A DNA stretch of 64,000 bases from Octopus bimaculoides. Lineage: Eukaryota. The stretch lies in NCBI RefSeq assembly GCF_001194135.2, contig NC_069000.1, positions 39,377,573-39,441,572 of the forward strand, given 5' to 3'. Under the pieces are notes generated by a model. The model saw nothing but the letters and a program-made list of their open reading frames with translations. It was not told the origin of the DNA and made no database searches. Made by a program: the position numbers and the translations under genes. Below are positions 49,310-62,984 of this stretch, piece after piece (the stretch's first letter is position 1; every line of letters begins with the position of its first letter).

Positions 49310-49855
49310 AAGACCAGGTTAGTCTATAATATTATGACGTTTGGATACGGGGATACTTCGACGAAAATGTTGATAATTTTTAAAAATCATCTGAATCTAC
49401 GGTCCAAGCGTATCTCGTATTTCGTTTCGGTATTTATATTTATATTAACTGACTTTAGGGGATCAAGGAGTAAAACAACAAACCGAGTGGGAGTGAGTGA
49501 CGGTCAGAGGCGAACGGCCTTCAAAGATTTCGCTCTGAAAGAAGTTGGCATTTTACCCAAAATAAAGCTGCGAATTTTTATTATAAGCTGTATTTATTTT
49601 ATCAGCTTTACAACCACACTCACAGACACGCTCACACACACACAAGGGCGCGCGGACACACACCTTTTTTCATGTCACCACCTTGAAAAATTGTTCAGCC
49701 CCAAGGATAATTTCCTACTTTTCGTAACAAAAAGCCAATGGTAGCCTTAATTCACAAATAAAGAAATATCTATTAATGCGGTGTTGATCACTCATTTCCA
49801 TCGTTCGACTTTGGTATATACATACATATATATATATATGCATATATCATACATG

Positions 49856-49904
<49 letters not shown>

Positions 49905-50859
49905 GTGTGTGTGTGTGTATGCATACATATATGGGATGGGATGCGATGGGATTTATTAAAAGGAGCCTGCAACTTCATTACTGAGAGTAGAAAAGTATTA
50001 ATAATATTCTGCACGAGTGACATGTGCGAAAAACGATAGACAGTTTGGACGGATATACAACACACATATGGAAGCTATATCAACCGTTTGTTCAGAGAAG
50101 ATAAGAAGGATATAGCTTGAAATAACATACGAAGCCATCAAACATTTTACTTGCAAGATACACACAAGAAATCTAAAACAAAAGCAAAACAAGATGTAAA
50201 CCACTGAATCTCATGAAAAAAAAACAGATTCAAATATCTGACAGAACACGAGATAAAACATTAATAGCAGTAATTCTAGAAATTGAAATGGATCCTACGT
50301 AACTACATGATCACACGTGATAAATGACAGAAAAGTATCTAAAACAAAATATACGTTAAAAAATATGGTGAAAAATATAGGATGATTTTATAAAGTGTCT
50401 AACTTGGAAATTTGTTGTTAGTTTACTTACAAACAATAAAAAGAAAAACACCTGCAAAACTTAAGTGATGAATTTTGTTTTAGTTTTCATTCATTCATTT
50501 TGTTTTTATTATTATTCTGTTTTTATGTATGCAATTCCATTTTGTAGGTTGATAAATAGTTAAACGACGATATACAATTATAAAACACTGTTAGGGCAAC
50601 GATAACACAAAAATATCGTGGTATAGCTTTAATGAATGACTCAGCGAGGAAAACACAGAACACAATTGTCAAGTACTAAATTGAATGTAAACTCTTGATT
50701 TATTGAAATATCTCCGCCATCAGAGATTGTAGGCAAATCACTTGGTGATGTAATTTAGAATGTTTGAGGACAAGAGGGCAGCTATGGATATGTGTTGATA
50801 GCTATTGTTCTACCTTACGATCAGCAATAACATTAGATATTTAAATATCATTAAAAAGC

Positions 50860-51420
50860 AGTAAAACACAGGGCGTCATGACGTAAATATGTTGCATGTT
50901 TGAAATGATAATATATAGAGATAACTGATCCCGAATAGCCGTTGATAGGCACTTGAGAAACAAAGATACATAGGTTTGATATATAGTAGGTGATATAAAT
51001 GTGCGTACTTCGAAATGGTCGCGTATAAATGACAAAAAACAAGAAAAGATTGAAAAGTACGGGCTACTAAAAGTGAAAATTGCAAGAATATGGAATATGA
51101 GGAGAGTGTCTGTCATTCCAGTAGTTGTAGGTGGCACGAGGAGCATTGACAAGAGAAATGTGTCAAAGAAATCGGAATTGACATGAGAGCAGAGCAAGCC
51201 CGAAAAACTGCTCTGCTGGGGACAGCTAGGATTTTGAGATTGGTGCATGGATACTGCATGTCTCCCACAATATTTAACAAGTAAACACCAAAGCTTATAA
51301 TCTTCGGAAAGAAACCCTGTGAGACCTTTGACAGCAGGTTGCTGTCCCCTCTCAAACAATTTACCAGAGTAAACAAGATCGAGTTCTCCGAGAAGTAAAC
51401 CAAGGACAACAACAATAATA
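50860..51420 (+). mobile_element. R4/Dong-like LINE 3' end (REL endonuclease C-terminus, 3'UTR, CAA/TAA tail)
   Basis: RINDKKQEKIEKYGLLKVKIARIWNMRRVSVIPVVVG and KTALLGTARILRLV, then a UTR ending caacaacaataataa. Confidence 0.82.
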
Positions 51421-51944
51421 AAAATGATAATGATGATGATGATGATGTTAATACACCAGGCACTTGCTCTCATTTGTTTTGCTCTTAACTGATTGCAGTT
51501 ACCAAACGCCCAACCTTGGTCTACGTTTGGCCTATGACGGCTGTTCTGTCAATGAGATGAGCTGCTGAAAGACCTATCACAGCAAAGATGCCCACACCAC
51601 TTCACCCTTCTTTTCGCCGTCGTCGTCACCCACATCATCGCAGTGATTCAGATATTTCTGTAGGTGCGGCGGCCTCAAATCGTGGCGCTGCATCACTAAG
51701 GATGGCATCCCATGACCACCACTGACCCCCTGGAATTGACTAATACTCTATTTTATAGACACCACAGGGATAAAGGACATAGTTTACTTCGGCGTCACTT
51801 GAACTCAGATTATGTTGCTTTCAGAAAAGTAACGCATGGTAATTTCCCCAACACTACAACTATTCCACTATTTCGATCATCGATAATGGCTTCAAATTTT
51901 GGCAAAAAGCCAGCAAGTTCAGCCTGTTATTTGTTGCTATCACT

Positions 51945-51994
<50 letters not shown>

Positions 51995-52039
51995 TCTTCG
52001 CTGATATCGATAACAGTGTAGCAATTAAATTATAGAATA

Positions 52040-52330
52040 TACGAGGCTTGCTGAACAGTTCAAAAGCTGATTAAGATACTTTCATGGAACGTAAAGAAAT
52101 GAGAGATATTTATTAAGAAGAGTCCTCCAGGCGGTCCATACAATTCTCCCGTCGGTGATGTAGTCTTTGGATCACATTCTTGAAGAGGTTTTTCATCTTG
52201 TCGCTCAAAACAGTCATCCACAGCAGATATGTGGTCATCCTCATGGCTATAATATTTCCCAGCCAAGTGGGTTTTTTTTTTCTTATTGGAGAACAGATTA
52301 CCCGTTTGTAATCCCCCTTGCAGATCGACT
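52040..52330 (-). mobile_element. Mariner transposon 3' end with TIR
   Basis: Minus-strand translation LF...KTHLAGKYYSHEDDHISAVDDCFERQDE (cf. LFxxLKxHLAGKxYxSDDDVISAV); terminus TA-CGAGG at 52040. Confidence 0.7.
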
Positions 52331-52505
52331 TTTATAATCGAGCATAAGAGGCAATTTGTTTTCATTGTTTAAACGACTATATGATCATGGGATTAAAACG
52401 TGGGGTTGAGGCATTAATTGTCCCACAAATAATTTTCTTGAGCATTGCGTCCTTTACCATACAATTTCATTTATTACTGTGTGACATTTTATGAATTATA
52501 ATATT

Positions 52506-52696
52506 CTTTTCTACTCTAGGCACAAGTCCCGAAATTTTTGAGGAGGGGGCCAGTCGATTACATCGACGCCAGTACGTAATTTATCAACCCCGATAGGATG
52601 AAAGGCAAAGTAGAATTTGAACTCAGAACGTAAAGACAGACGAAATACCACTAAGAATTTCGCCCGGCGTGCTAACGTTTCTGCCAGCTCACCGCC
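52506..52696 (-). mobile_element. Family-B SINE with 18-bp TSD and two small internal deletions
   Basis: TSD tttatgaattataatatt (52488-52505) / tttatgagttataatatt (52697-52714). Confidence 0.9.
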
Positions 52697-53907
52697 TTTA
52701 TGAGTTATAATATTAAATCTTCTAATTATATATTGAAAAACATCCGTCAATCCTTCTCTCTCATGTATATTAATCTAAAATGTTGCAGCACTACGCTGTA
52801 AAAAGACTTATTATGTTGTACAAATTTAATTGAGCTCGTTATACTAATGAAATTAGATTTCGTTCAAATCAAACAAGATTATCCGATACTTTCAGCGAAG
52901 ATATTTGAAATATACTCAAAACTTTTCTTTTATATGTAATAAATAAACAATCTTCCAGAGGCAAAGCAGATGTAAGATTTTTCCAATTTTCAAACCAAAA
53001 TATTTGTATACTTCTAAATTCAATAATTTCGAAAAAAATCCATCTAATTAGTATTTATCATAATCATACCTTCTAGAACGAATATAAGATGCTGATATGG
53101 TTTATAAAGTAAGATATATTTAATTACGATCAATTATTATGAGAAGTTCACAAGAATGATGGAAATATTTTAATTGGAAAGATATTGATGTATTCCTATT
53201 TTCTAAAATAAAATATTCCCATTTGTGCTTTCTATATGTTTTATTAGACAAGTGTTTTATTCCAAAGATTTAATTAGATCCAGCGGGGGGTTGACTCTAC
53301 AGTAAAATATCTTGCATTCCTTTGTAGATTTTCCATTTAATGAAAAACTGATTTTAAAAACAATTCATCAGAGACGACAGTTACTTTTAAACATTCAAAA
53401 TAAACGTAAAATGAATTTATGTTTTGTTAAATAATATTTCATATAACTATAGAGAGGAATACTAAATTATATTTAAATGTGCAACGAAAAAGCAGCCTCT
53501 AATAAAATCAACGAAGTTATGTGTTGTACATTATATGTTATATGGCTATGGCAACTTTCAGAAATAATTAGAAATTATGAAAATCATTCGAAATTGTTAA
53601 GTCATCCATTGCATTCAATGCGCCCATGTATATGTGCGTATATAAGTCTGCGCACAAGTGTGTATGTATAAATGCACATTGCTTTAGTATATTTCTATTT
53701 TAAATACTTATTATGGCCTCGGAAAAAATATCTGTCAAAAAGATATACATATTTCAGAATTCAAAATATTTCATTAAGACCAGAGCGAAGCGTAGAATCA
53801 TATAAATTATTTATAGTCATCCAGATATAATATATCTAAGGACAAAACTGCGGATGCTACAAATATAGAAATAAATAATTAACGCATGTGAATGTTGTAC
53901 CAAAAGT

Positions 53908-54487
53908 AATGCGAAGGTGGTTTTGACTTTGATGCACTTTTAGTTAAGTAGCTATTTCAATATAGTAATTTTTCTTTCTGTATTTATGCAACACAGGTAA
54001 ATAATTGATTCCAAACAGAAGCAACGCACCATTATTAGATTCTTGACGAAGCGGATATACAGGCTGTTGGACGACTACAGTAGATGTCTTGTACGAAGAA
54101 AACACCATATAAATCTTTGGCATCAAATCTGGCAATCAGCAACTCGGAGTGATCAGTGGTTTCCCTTCTATCATACAGTTCTGATTAAGCTAAACTAGTG
54201 GCATGCGATTTCCACCTGTGGGGTCCCATGTCGAACAAATCTTAATGGATAACATTTTGAAAAATGAGGACGAGGTATAACTGGCTTTAAAGGAGAGCAT
54301 ACCTTATTTTTGACAAAGAACGCGTTCAAGCTTTGTTCAACGATGACTTAAATATACAGCCTTTGATAGAGAATGTATTGAGTAGTAGATTTACACGGAT
54401 TCTACGAAAATAAGTACTTTGAAATACCTTTGTTTCTGAATAAAAATATTATACCCGCATTTTGTGTACGTTCATGGCCTTCGTGTA
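53908..54487 (+). mobile_element. Internally deleted mariner element
   Basis: N-terminal QKQRTIIRFLT joined to SYSSD*...ACDFHLW...LNG*HFENEDEV...FVQR (cf. PYSPDLAPSDFHLF...FxxDxEV...LVxRW); weak terminal inverted match gcgaagg / ccttcgt. Confidence 0.55.
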
Positions 54488-54884
54488 ACTATGATATTTG
54501 AAACACAGCATCGTTAATGTTAATAAAGGTCAGTGGGATTAGTATAGAGAACATTCCAGAGATAAATTATTGTTAATAGAGAATATCAATTGTATCTTGA
54601 CAATTGTTCAGAACTTTCACTGGAAACTGCTTCCAATTTCTTTCCAGCAAACTAGAATAACTACTGGCAAGTGTTAATCAGGCAAAGTAAAAAGAAGATC
54701 TCAAAGTCAACCTACTTAATGGTGTCTAATCTGCATACTGCTACATATTTAGATATATGTATGGATATATGCATATTTTTATATATCGTTTATACTATTA
54801 TATGATCGAACGCCAGGCATCTTTTCCAGGTAAGTTTACATTATAATAATTACAATGCACACTCTTCTACTATCTCTTCTCTGT

Positions 54885-54919
54885 CTATCTCTCTCCCTCT
54901 CTCATCATCATCATCATCA

Positions 54920-54984
<65 letters not shown>

Positions 54985-55097
54985 ATTATTATTATTATTA
55001 TTATTATAGCTGCTATAGACGTTGTTGTCGTTGTTTTTGTTGCTATTCTTAGTACTGTAGCTACAGTAGTTGCTGTTACTGTTGTTCTTGCTATTAC

Positions 55098-55148
<51 letters not shown>

Positions 55149-55185
55149 CTACAACAATAATAATACTATTAATAATAATAATGTA
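54885..55185. repeat. Compound microsatellite with opposed (ATT)n and (AAT)n tracts
   Basis: (ATT)n at ~54923-55007 and (AAT)n at 55101-55146. Confidence 0.95.
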
Positions 55186-56124
55186 AGATTGTAATCATTG
55201 TCGTAGAGTAATAACTGTTGTAGAATCATTTTTTTTTTTTTTTGTAATAGACTAAATTACATGCAGACGCTTTATGACACGTACGTCTATCGCTTCCACT
55301 CATTAAAAAAAGTGATATATAAAGAATATAAGCCGATTTGATATACTACGCTATCTAATTTCAGTATATATATGAGAAAAAAACACGTCCTGAAGCATTC
55401 GTATATCGGAAATAGTTTTGTACGTATAAGCCTACAGGTCAGAATAGATATACTATCTGTTTTTCAATATTCTCGAGCATGTATTGAAAAACATAGAATA
55501 CACTTCACATGAAATCGGATATGTTTTGCTGATCGAGGTATAAATAACACACTAAATAGAAGCAAGATTATTCGCCCTCTTGACAAATATGTATTTGTTA
55601 TCCTATATAATATCTCACGACAGGCAAATCTGCGTGGATGGGTGGATTTTTTTTAGGGAATATGTTTTGAGTCGTTGTAATATGTGGTACGTAGGGTAAA
55701 TGTGTTTTAGTTATAGTGCGACTTGATACACGAAAATGTCTTTTCAAAATTCTGGTGCATTAATTAACGCTGTTGAGTTTCGGCGATTTGACATACTGTT
55801 CAGCTTCACCTGTACAAGTCCTGATTGCGGGTTTGACGGCGCAATGAGAGAAAAAGTTGTGGCTAGTAGCTGAAATAAAAGACATTTAAAGATGCCTGAG
55901 GAACAGATGGTATGTGTAAGTGTACTGATAGGATGACGTGAATTTGTAGCGAGAGCCAAAGATCGATCTCACACGCACGCACGCACGCATGCACACACAC
56001 ACACGCATCCACAAACACCCACACACTCTTTCACACAAACGCAAACAAAAACGTATTCCTATGAATATGTACACGCACACACATATGGACACGCACACAC
56101 ATAAATGTGTGTGTGTGTGTGTCT

Positions 56125-56325
56125 GTGTGGATCGTTGGCGATTTTTTTCCTCCATCTTCCTTCTCTCTTGGACTTTCCTCCGTCTCCTATTTCTGACGAA
56201 GAGTTTTCTCGAAACATAAAACCACCTTTTTTTCCATGCTCGTCTGCTAATATTTTGTATGTACAATGTCCTCGGGTTGTTGTATTTTTCTTGATGCGTT
56301 TGGCCTTCAGTTTTTGGGAGATATA
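56125..56325 (+). mobile_element. PLE-type repeat with hammerhead-like motif (intact CUGACGA/GAAA core)
   Basis: ttt-CTGACGA-a-gag-tttt-ctc-GAAA-cat-a-aaa at 56190-56221; homologous to 45973-46175. Confidence 0.65.
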
Positions 56326-56755
56326 ATATAAGGATTATGAGACGTATTTCATTACTTAGTCTTGTTTATATATCAGCGCATTCTATTTTCTATTCATTGG
56401 CTTATTCAATAAAATTTAGAACATACAATCCAACGAAATTTTACTCTTGTTTCTTTTCTTTTAACTCTGATATTTAAGGGAAATATTATTAAGTAAATGT
56501 ACATGAGGTGTATAATCTCTGGAATGTTTCGATTTAGCAGAGTCCTTGTGTTTCTACCTCAAGATCCGCTACATACTAATACTCATTACATAATAATAAC
56601 GATACGATGTGTCAGCTAATATGTCAAGACATAAAATTTACGATACTTTGTTGAAAGAATACCGACGAAACGATTGTAGTATGATGTAATAAATCGTATT
56701 GAACAATCCAGTCCCTCATTTCAAATTTATTTTTAACACATATATGAAGATGTAC

Positions 56756-56786
<31 letters not shown>

Positions 56787-56906
56787 AGAATACATATGTA
56801 TGTGTATAAAGATATATGTATATATATATATACATGTATACATTTGTGTACGTGCGATTGTGTGTGTGTGTGTGTGTGTGTTTCTGTGTGTGTGTGTGTG
56901 TGTGTG

Positions 56907-56938
<32 letters not shown>

Positions 56939-57966
56939 GAGTGATCAGCCACTTGTACATNNNNNNNNNNNNNNNNNNNNNNNNNNNNNNNNNNNNNNNN
57001 NNNNNNNNNNNNNNNNNNNNNNNNNNNNNNNNNNNNNNNNNNNNNNNNNNNNNNNNNNNNNNNNNNNNNNNNNNNNNNNNNNNNNNNNNNNNNNNNNNNN
57101 NNNNNNNNNNNNNNNNNNNNNNNNNNNNNNNNNNNNNNNNNNNNNNNNNNNNNNNNNNNNNNNNNNNNNNNNNNNNNNNNNNNNNNNNNNNNNNNNNNNN
57201 NNNNNNNNNNNNNNNNNNNNNNNNNNNNNNNNNNNNNNNNNNNNNNNNNNNNNNNNNNNNNNNNNNNNNNNNNNNNNNNNNNNNNNNNNNNNNNNNNNNN
57301 NNNAAGTTTATAGAAATCCACATTTTCCACTTTTTCGTAAAAATGTTTACATCAATGGAATTTTCTCGATCTGAACTTTCCAGTGCAGTAATTAGATTTT
57401 TAAAATTCCGTTTACTTTGTGTTATTTAAGGGAGATTTGGCTGTCGTTTCTAGCAACATTTATATTCCTTCCCTTCTCCTTGTACCGGCGTTGTTATAGG
57501 GAGTAAGAGTAAAAGAGGGAGAGGGAGAGAGAGAGAAAGTGATACATACAAAGTCATAGATTAACTTGGTTACATTTTACACTCTTATTTCTTCTTCCTC
57601 TCTCTAATATAATACCTTTCCTCTACCTCTAACATATTTTTCATAACATAGAAACGTAAAAACACACACATCCACACATACGTGATCTGTGACAATAACA
57701 TACACATAAACACATACACAATTCAACATTATAGATATAAGATTTAGTTTCTGTGTTTCTTATATAAACACGTGCACGCATTGCTATTTTATAACTGTCT
57801 TCCGTTCTCTCTTTCTCTCTCTTCATTGCAACCATCTCTATTCCTTTCTCTCCCCTCTCTCTCTCTTCCTCTTCTCTCTCACAAAACATTCACTACAATA
57901 TAACTCAGGTTCGTCAATGTTTGGTAAATATACTACGATTTTAACTAGGGTGTTAGTGTTAGGGTT

Positions 57967-58033
<67 letters not shown>

Positions 58034-59360
58034 ATCTCTCTCTTTCCCCCTCTTTTACTCTTACTCTCTATATCATATATTGAGCGTGTAATTACTGCAC
58101 TGGAAAGTTCACATCGAAANNNNNNNNNNNNNNNNNNNNNNNNNNNNNNNNNNNNNNNNNNNNNNNNNNNNNNNNNNNNNNNNNNNNNNNNNNNNNNNNN
58201 NNNNNNNNNNNNNNNNNNNNNNNNNNNNNNNNNNNNNNNNNNNNNNNNNNNNNNNNNNNNNNNNNNNNNNNNNNNNNNNNNNNNNNNNNNNNNNNNNNNN
58301 NNNNNNNNNNNNNNNNNNNNNNNNNNNNNNNNNNNNNNNNNNNNNNNNNNNNNNNNNNNNNNNNNNNNNNNNNNNNNNNNNNNNNNNNNNNNNNNNNNNN
58401 NNNNNNNNNNNNNNNNNNNNNNNNNNNNNNNNNNNNNNNNNNNNNNNNNNNNNNNNNNNNNNNNNNNNNNNNNNNNNNNNNNNNNNNNNNNNNNNNNNNN
58501 NNNNNNNNNNNNNNNNNNNNNNNNNNNNNNNNNNNNNNNNNNNNNNNNNNNNNNNNNNNNNNNNNNNNNNNNNNNNNNNNNNNNNNNNNNNNNNNNNNNN
58601 NNNNNNNNNNNNNNNNNNNNNNNNNNNNNNNNNNNNNNNNNNNNNNNNNNNNNNNNNNNNNNNNNNNNNNNNNNNNNNNNNNNNNNNNNNNNNNNNNNNN
58701 NNNNNNNNNNNNNNNNNNNNNNNNNNNNNNNNNNNNNNNNNNNNNNNNNNNNNNNNNNNNNNNNNNNNNNNNNNNNGCTTTCTTTTTTAGTTGATTTTCA
58801 CCTAGCAAGACTTATCGTAGAAGGCGTAATAAGTCACACCCGGACAAGGTCGGGTTATACTGCTAGTATGTATATAAACATGAGTATGAGTGCATATATA
58901 AATATATAATATATACATACACAAACACATATATATATATACATACATGTACACACACACACATACATACATATATATATACACATATATATATGTGTGT
59001 ATATATATGCATATATACGCACACTTAAATTGTTAGAAAATTACATAAGTAGATAAATACATACAGCAATATTTACAGTCGTATCTCTTCAGGCGTATGA
59101 AGCATTCACTTATCTAAAACGGTTTGTAAACATTAGCTTCTTCGTGTAATTATATTGCTTTAGTTTACCAGAATAAAATTTTGGAATATGTGCTTGTCTA
59201 CAATGTTCACGTTGTTTCAAATTTGAACGGAAAGTAAAATACAAACCGTTATTTTCATAATTACCCTGCTTGTATTGTAGCAGTGAATTCAAAAGTCGAA
59301 TGAATTCACTCCGTTATTTATTACGCTGCGAAAATTATGCCGTCATAACAATTTATAAAC

Positions 59361-59570
59361 GCGGTGAGCTGGCAGAAATGTTAGCATGCTGGGTGAAATG
59401 CCAAGCGGTATTTCGTCTGCCTCTACGTTTTGAGTTCAAATTCCGCCGATGTCGACTTTGCCTTGCATTATTTCGGGGTGGATAAATTAAGTACCAGTTG
59501 CGTACTGGTTCGATCTTATCGACTGGCACCTTCCCCAGAATTTTCGGGTCTTCTGCATAGAGTAAAACAG
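59361..59570 (+). mobile_element. Full-length family-B SINE (tail type 1)
   Basis: gcggtgagctggcagaaatgttagc...gagttcaaattccgccgatgtcgactttgcc...gactggcaccttccccagaattttcgggtc. Confidence 0.88.
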
Positions 59571-60509
59571 TTTATATGTGTTTTAAGTAAAACAGTGTGT
59601 GGATATATATATATATATATATANNNNNNNNNNNNNNNNNNNNNNNNNNNNNNNNNNNNNNNNNNNNNNNNNNNNNNNNNNNNNNNNNNNNNNNNNNNNN
59701 NNNNNNNNNNNNNNNNNNNNNNNNNNNNNNNNNNNNNNNNNNNNNNNNNNNNNNNNNNNNNNNNNNNNNNNNNNNNNNNNNNNNNNNNNNNNNNNNNNNN
59801 NNNNNNNNNNNNNNNNNNNNNNNNNNNNNNNNNNNNNNNNNNNNNNNNNNNNNNNNNNNNNNNNNNNNNNNNNNNNNNNNNNNNNNNNNNNNNNNNNNNN
59901 NNNNNNNNNNNNNNNNNNNNNNNNNNNNNNNNNNNNNNNNNNNNNNNNNNNNNNNNNNNNNNNNNNNNNNNNNNNNNNNNNNNNNNNNNNNNNNNNNNNN
60001 NNNNNNNNNNNNNNNNNNNNNNNNNNNNNNNNNNNNNNNNNNNNNNNNNNNNNNNNNNNNNNNNNNNNNNNNNNNNNNNNNNNNNNNNNNNNNNNNNNNN
60101 NNNNNNNNNNNNNNNNNNNNNNNNNNNNNNNNNNNNNNNNNNNNNNNNNNNNNNNNNNNNNNNNNNNNNNNNNNNNNNNNNNNNNNNNNNNNNNNNNNNN
60201 NNNNNNNNNNNNNNNNNNNNNNNNNNNNNNNNNNNNNNNNNNNNNNNNNNNNNNNNNNNNNNNNNNNNNNNNNNNNNNNNNNNNNNNNNNNNNNNNNNNN
60301 NNNNNNNNNNNNNNNNNNNNNNNNNNNNNNNNNNNNNNNNNNNNNNNNNNNNNNNNNNNNNNNNNNNNNNNNNNNNNNNNNNNNNNNNNNNNNNNNNNNN
60401 NNNNNNNNNNNNNNNNNNNNNNNNNNNNNNNNNNNNNNNNNNNNNNNNNNNNNNNNNNNNNNNNNNNNNNNNNNNNNNNNNNNNNNNNNNNNATATATAT
60501 ATATATAAG

Positions 60510-60680
60510 ATGCCATTCAGTCACGAATGTCCATGGGATGCACCTAGAAAATTCCCCTCCGAGGCACACGTTTCTGCAAGTTTGTTTGTGGAAGACAAGC
60601 AGTAGGCGGCCTCTACCAGTCTCCTCTCTGCAGGCCACCGTTACTCTAGCATGGCTGCAGTCAGATGTTTGAAGCAAGTC
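60510..60680. mobile_element. Probable interspersed repeat fragment (SINE/LINE 3' portion)
   Basis: GC-richer island after a gap and (TA)n that resembles a cephalopod repeat from memory; no second copy in this window. Confidence 0.25.
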
Positions 60681-60864
60681 ACTGAATACATACTAGAGAA
60701 TTGTATCAGTTTCAGAGATCCAAATACAGCCCAGGCGGTTTTTGTCGGCTGGTAAAAGATGTCTACCTAAGGAAAGAGGCAGTGAAACTGAAATGAAAGC
60801 CAAGTGTTTGAGAAGTAATTTTTTTTTATCGCACAGCCATGCCTGTTTTTATTCTCTTCCCCCC

Positions 60865-60900
<36 letters not shown>

Positions 60901-61484
60901 CTCCAATCCTTATGGATAAACACGTTTTTCAAAAGCTGAACCTTTTTTCCTTTGGAAAAATAAATTTTACAGATTATTGATCATATACACAACATAGCTG
61001 AAAGGAAAAAATTAGACACACAGAACATCTGCGTAGTGGTTCTAAAGTTCTTTAAGGCGTAAATACATTTTTATGTTAGAACGAACAATTTTAAAAGATA
61101 TCTAGGCACAAGTGTTGCTTAGTTATCAATCCACGTATTGATTATTGATGTTAATCATCAGTTATATACATATCGATACTCAAATACATGTATGTGTTTG
61201 TGTGTGTGTTTTGAAATCCAATGATCAATATGCATACATATAAAATAATATACGATCACATATTTTTATATTTTATATATAATTAGGTTAAATATATTGG
61301 AGAATGTGCGGCAGGATGATCCATATGTGAATATTCAATACGTAGTACACCTATGGTGGATAACCGTTGATTTATTGGGTTGTATTTACATAAAATAGAA
61401 GTTAAATAACTTACACGTCCATATACAAGGATATTCATAAATCCATGCATGCATATAAATATATATAGATATGTGCAAATATCG

Positions 61485-61520
<36 letters not shown>

Positions 61521-62984
61521 ATGGGTATATATATGCGTGTGTATATATATATANNNNNNNNNNNNNNNNNNNNNNNNNNNNNNNNNNNNNNNNNNNNNNN
61601 NNNNNNNNNNNNNNNNNNNNNNNNNNNNNNNNNNNNNNNNNNNNNNNNNNNNNNNNNNNNNNNNNNNNNNNNNNNNNNNNNNNNNNNNNNNNNNNNNNNN
61701 NNNNNNNNNNNNNNNNNNNNNNNNNNNNNNNNNNNNNNNNNNNNNNNNNNNNNNNNNNNNNNNNNNNNNNNNNNNNNNNNNNNNNNNNNNNNNNNNNNNN
61801 NNNNNNNNNNNNNNNNNNNNNNNNNNNNNNNNNNNNNNNNNNNNNNNNNNNNNNNNNNNNNNNNNNNNNNNNNNNNNNNNNNNNNNNNNNNNNNNNNNNN
61901 NNNNNNNNNNNNNNNNNNNNNNNNNNNNNNNNNNNNNNNNNNNNNNNNNNNNNNNNNNNNNNNNNNNNNNNNNNNNNNNNNNNNNNNNNNNNNNNNNNNN
62001 NNNNNNNNNNNNNNNNNNNNNNNNNNNNNNNNNNNNNNNNNNNNNNNNNNNNNNNNNNNNNNNNNNNNNNNNNNNNNNNNNNNNNNNNNNNNNNNNNNNN
62101 NNNNNNNNNNNNNNNNNNNNNNNNNNNNNNNNNNNNNNNNNNNNNNNNNNNNNNNNNNNNNNNNNNNNNNNNNNNNNNNNNNNNNNNNNNNNNNNNNNNN
62201 NNNNNNNNNNNNNNNNNNNNNNNNNNNNNNNNNNNNNNNNNNNNNNNNNNNNNNNNNNNNNNNNNNNNNNNNNNNNNNNNNNNNNNNNNNNNNNNNNNNN
62301 NNNNNNNNNNNNNNNNNNNNNNNNNNNNNNNNNNNNNNNNNNNNNNNNNNNNNNNNNNNNNNNNNNNNNNNNNNNNNNNNNNNNNNNNNNNNNNNNNNNN
62401 NNNNNNNNNNNNNNNNNNNNNNNNNNNNNNNNNNNNNNNNNNNNNNNNNNNNNNNNNNNNNNNNNNNNNNNNNNNNTATATATATATATATGTACATCTA
62501 CCTAATTGTCTATGTCTCTCTCTCTCCCTTTCTCCGTCTCTCCCTATATACATACATAATACGCACACACATACATGTATCTTCCACGCTCACGTAATGT
62601 ATCACTGCATTTGTTTTCACTGCTGTCCTACTCTGCTAGCAAAAATATCTTGTTAACACCGCAGGCTGCCGTCTTTGTTGTTTATATTGCTCATACCACT
62701 CACTCACACTTTTATTCCTTTCATCATCAAACATTCAATTAATCTTGCGTCTAGATTCATACAATAAAACTGACAATAATTCATTAAACAGAAAGCTTCG
62801 TATTTTTAACTCCAAACGTACAATAGACTTATATTATTTGTATGTCTGACCAGTAACCTAAAGTACAACACTTGCAAGAGGAAAATATTCATATATAGTG
62901 GCTCCGCTGCTCCGCTATTGAAACGATAGAAATGGCAGGCTTGTCGTTGATATTATGTTAAACTATCGTACGTCCAAATTTGGT

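Noticed and set aside
36240-51420. Idea that the two + strand R4 fragments are one element that captured the GPCR
   Set aside because: They are 14 kb apart, the RT core is not seen between them, each has its own microsatellite boundaries, and such fragments are common in the window.
3965-62597. Long ORFs in the track composed of X, YI/IY, CV/VC, HT/TH or SL runs
   Set aside because: They are artefacts of N-gaps and dinucleotide microsatellites, not genes.
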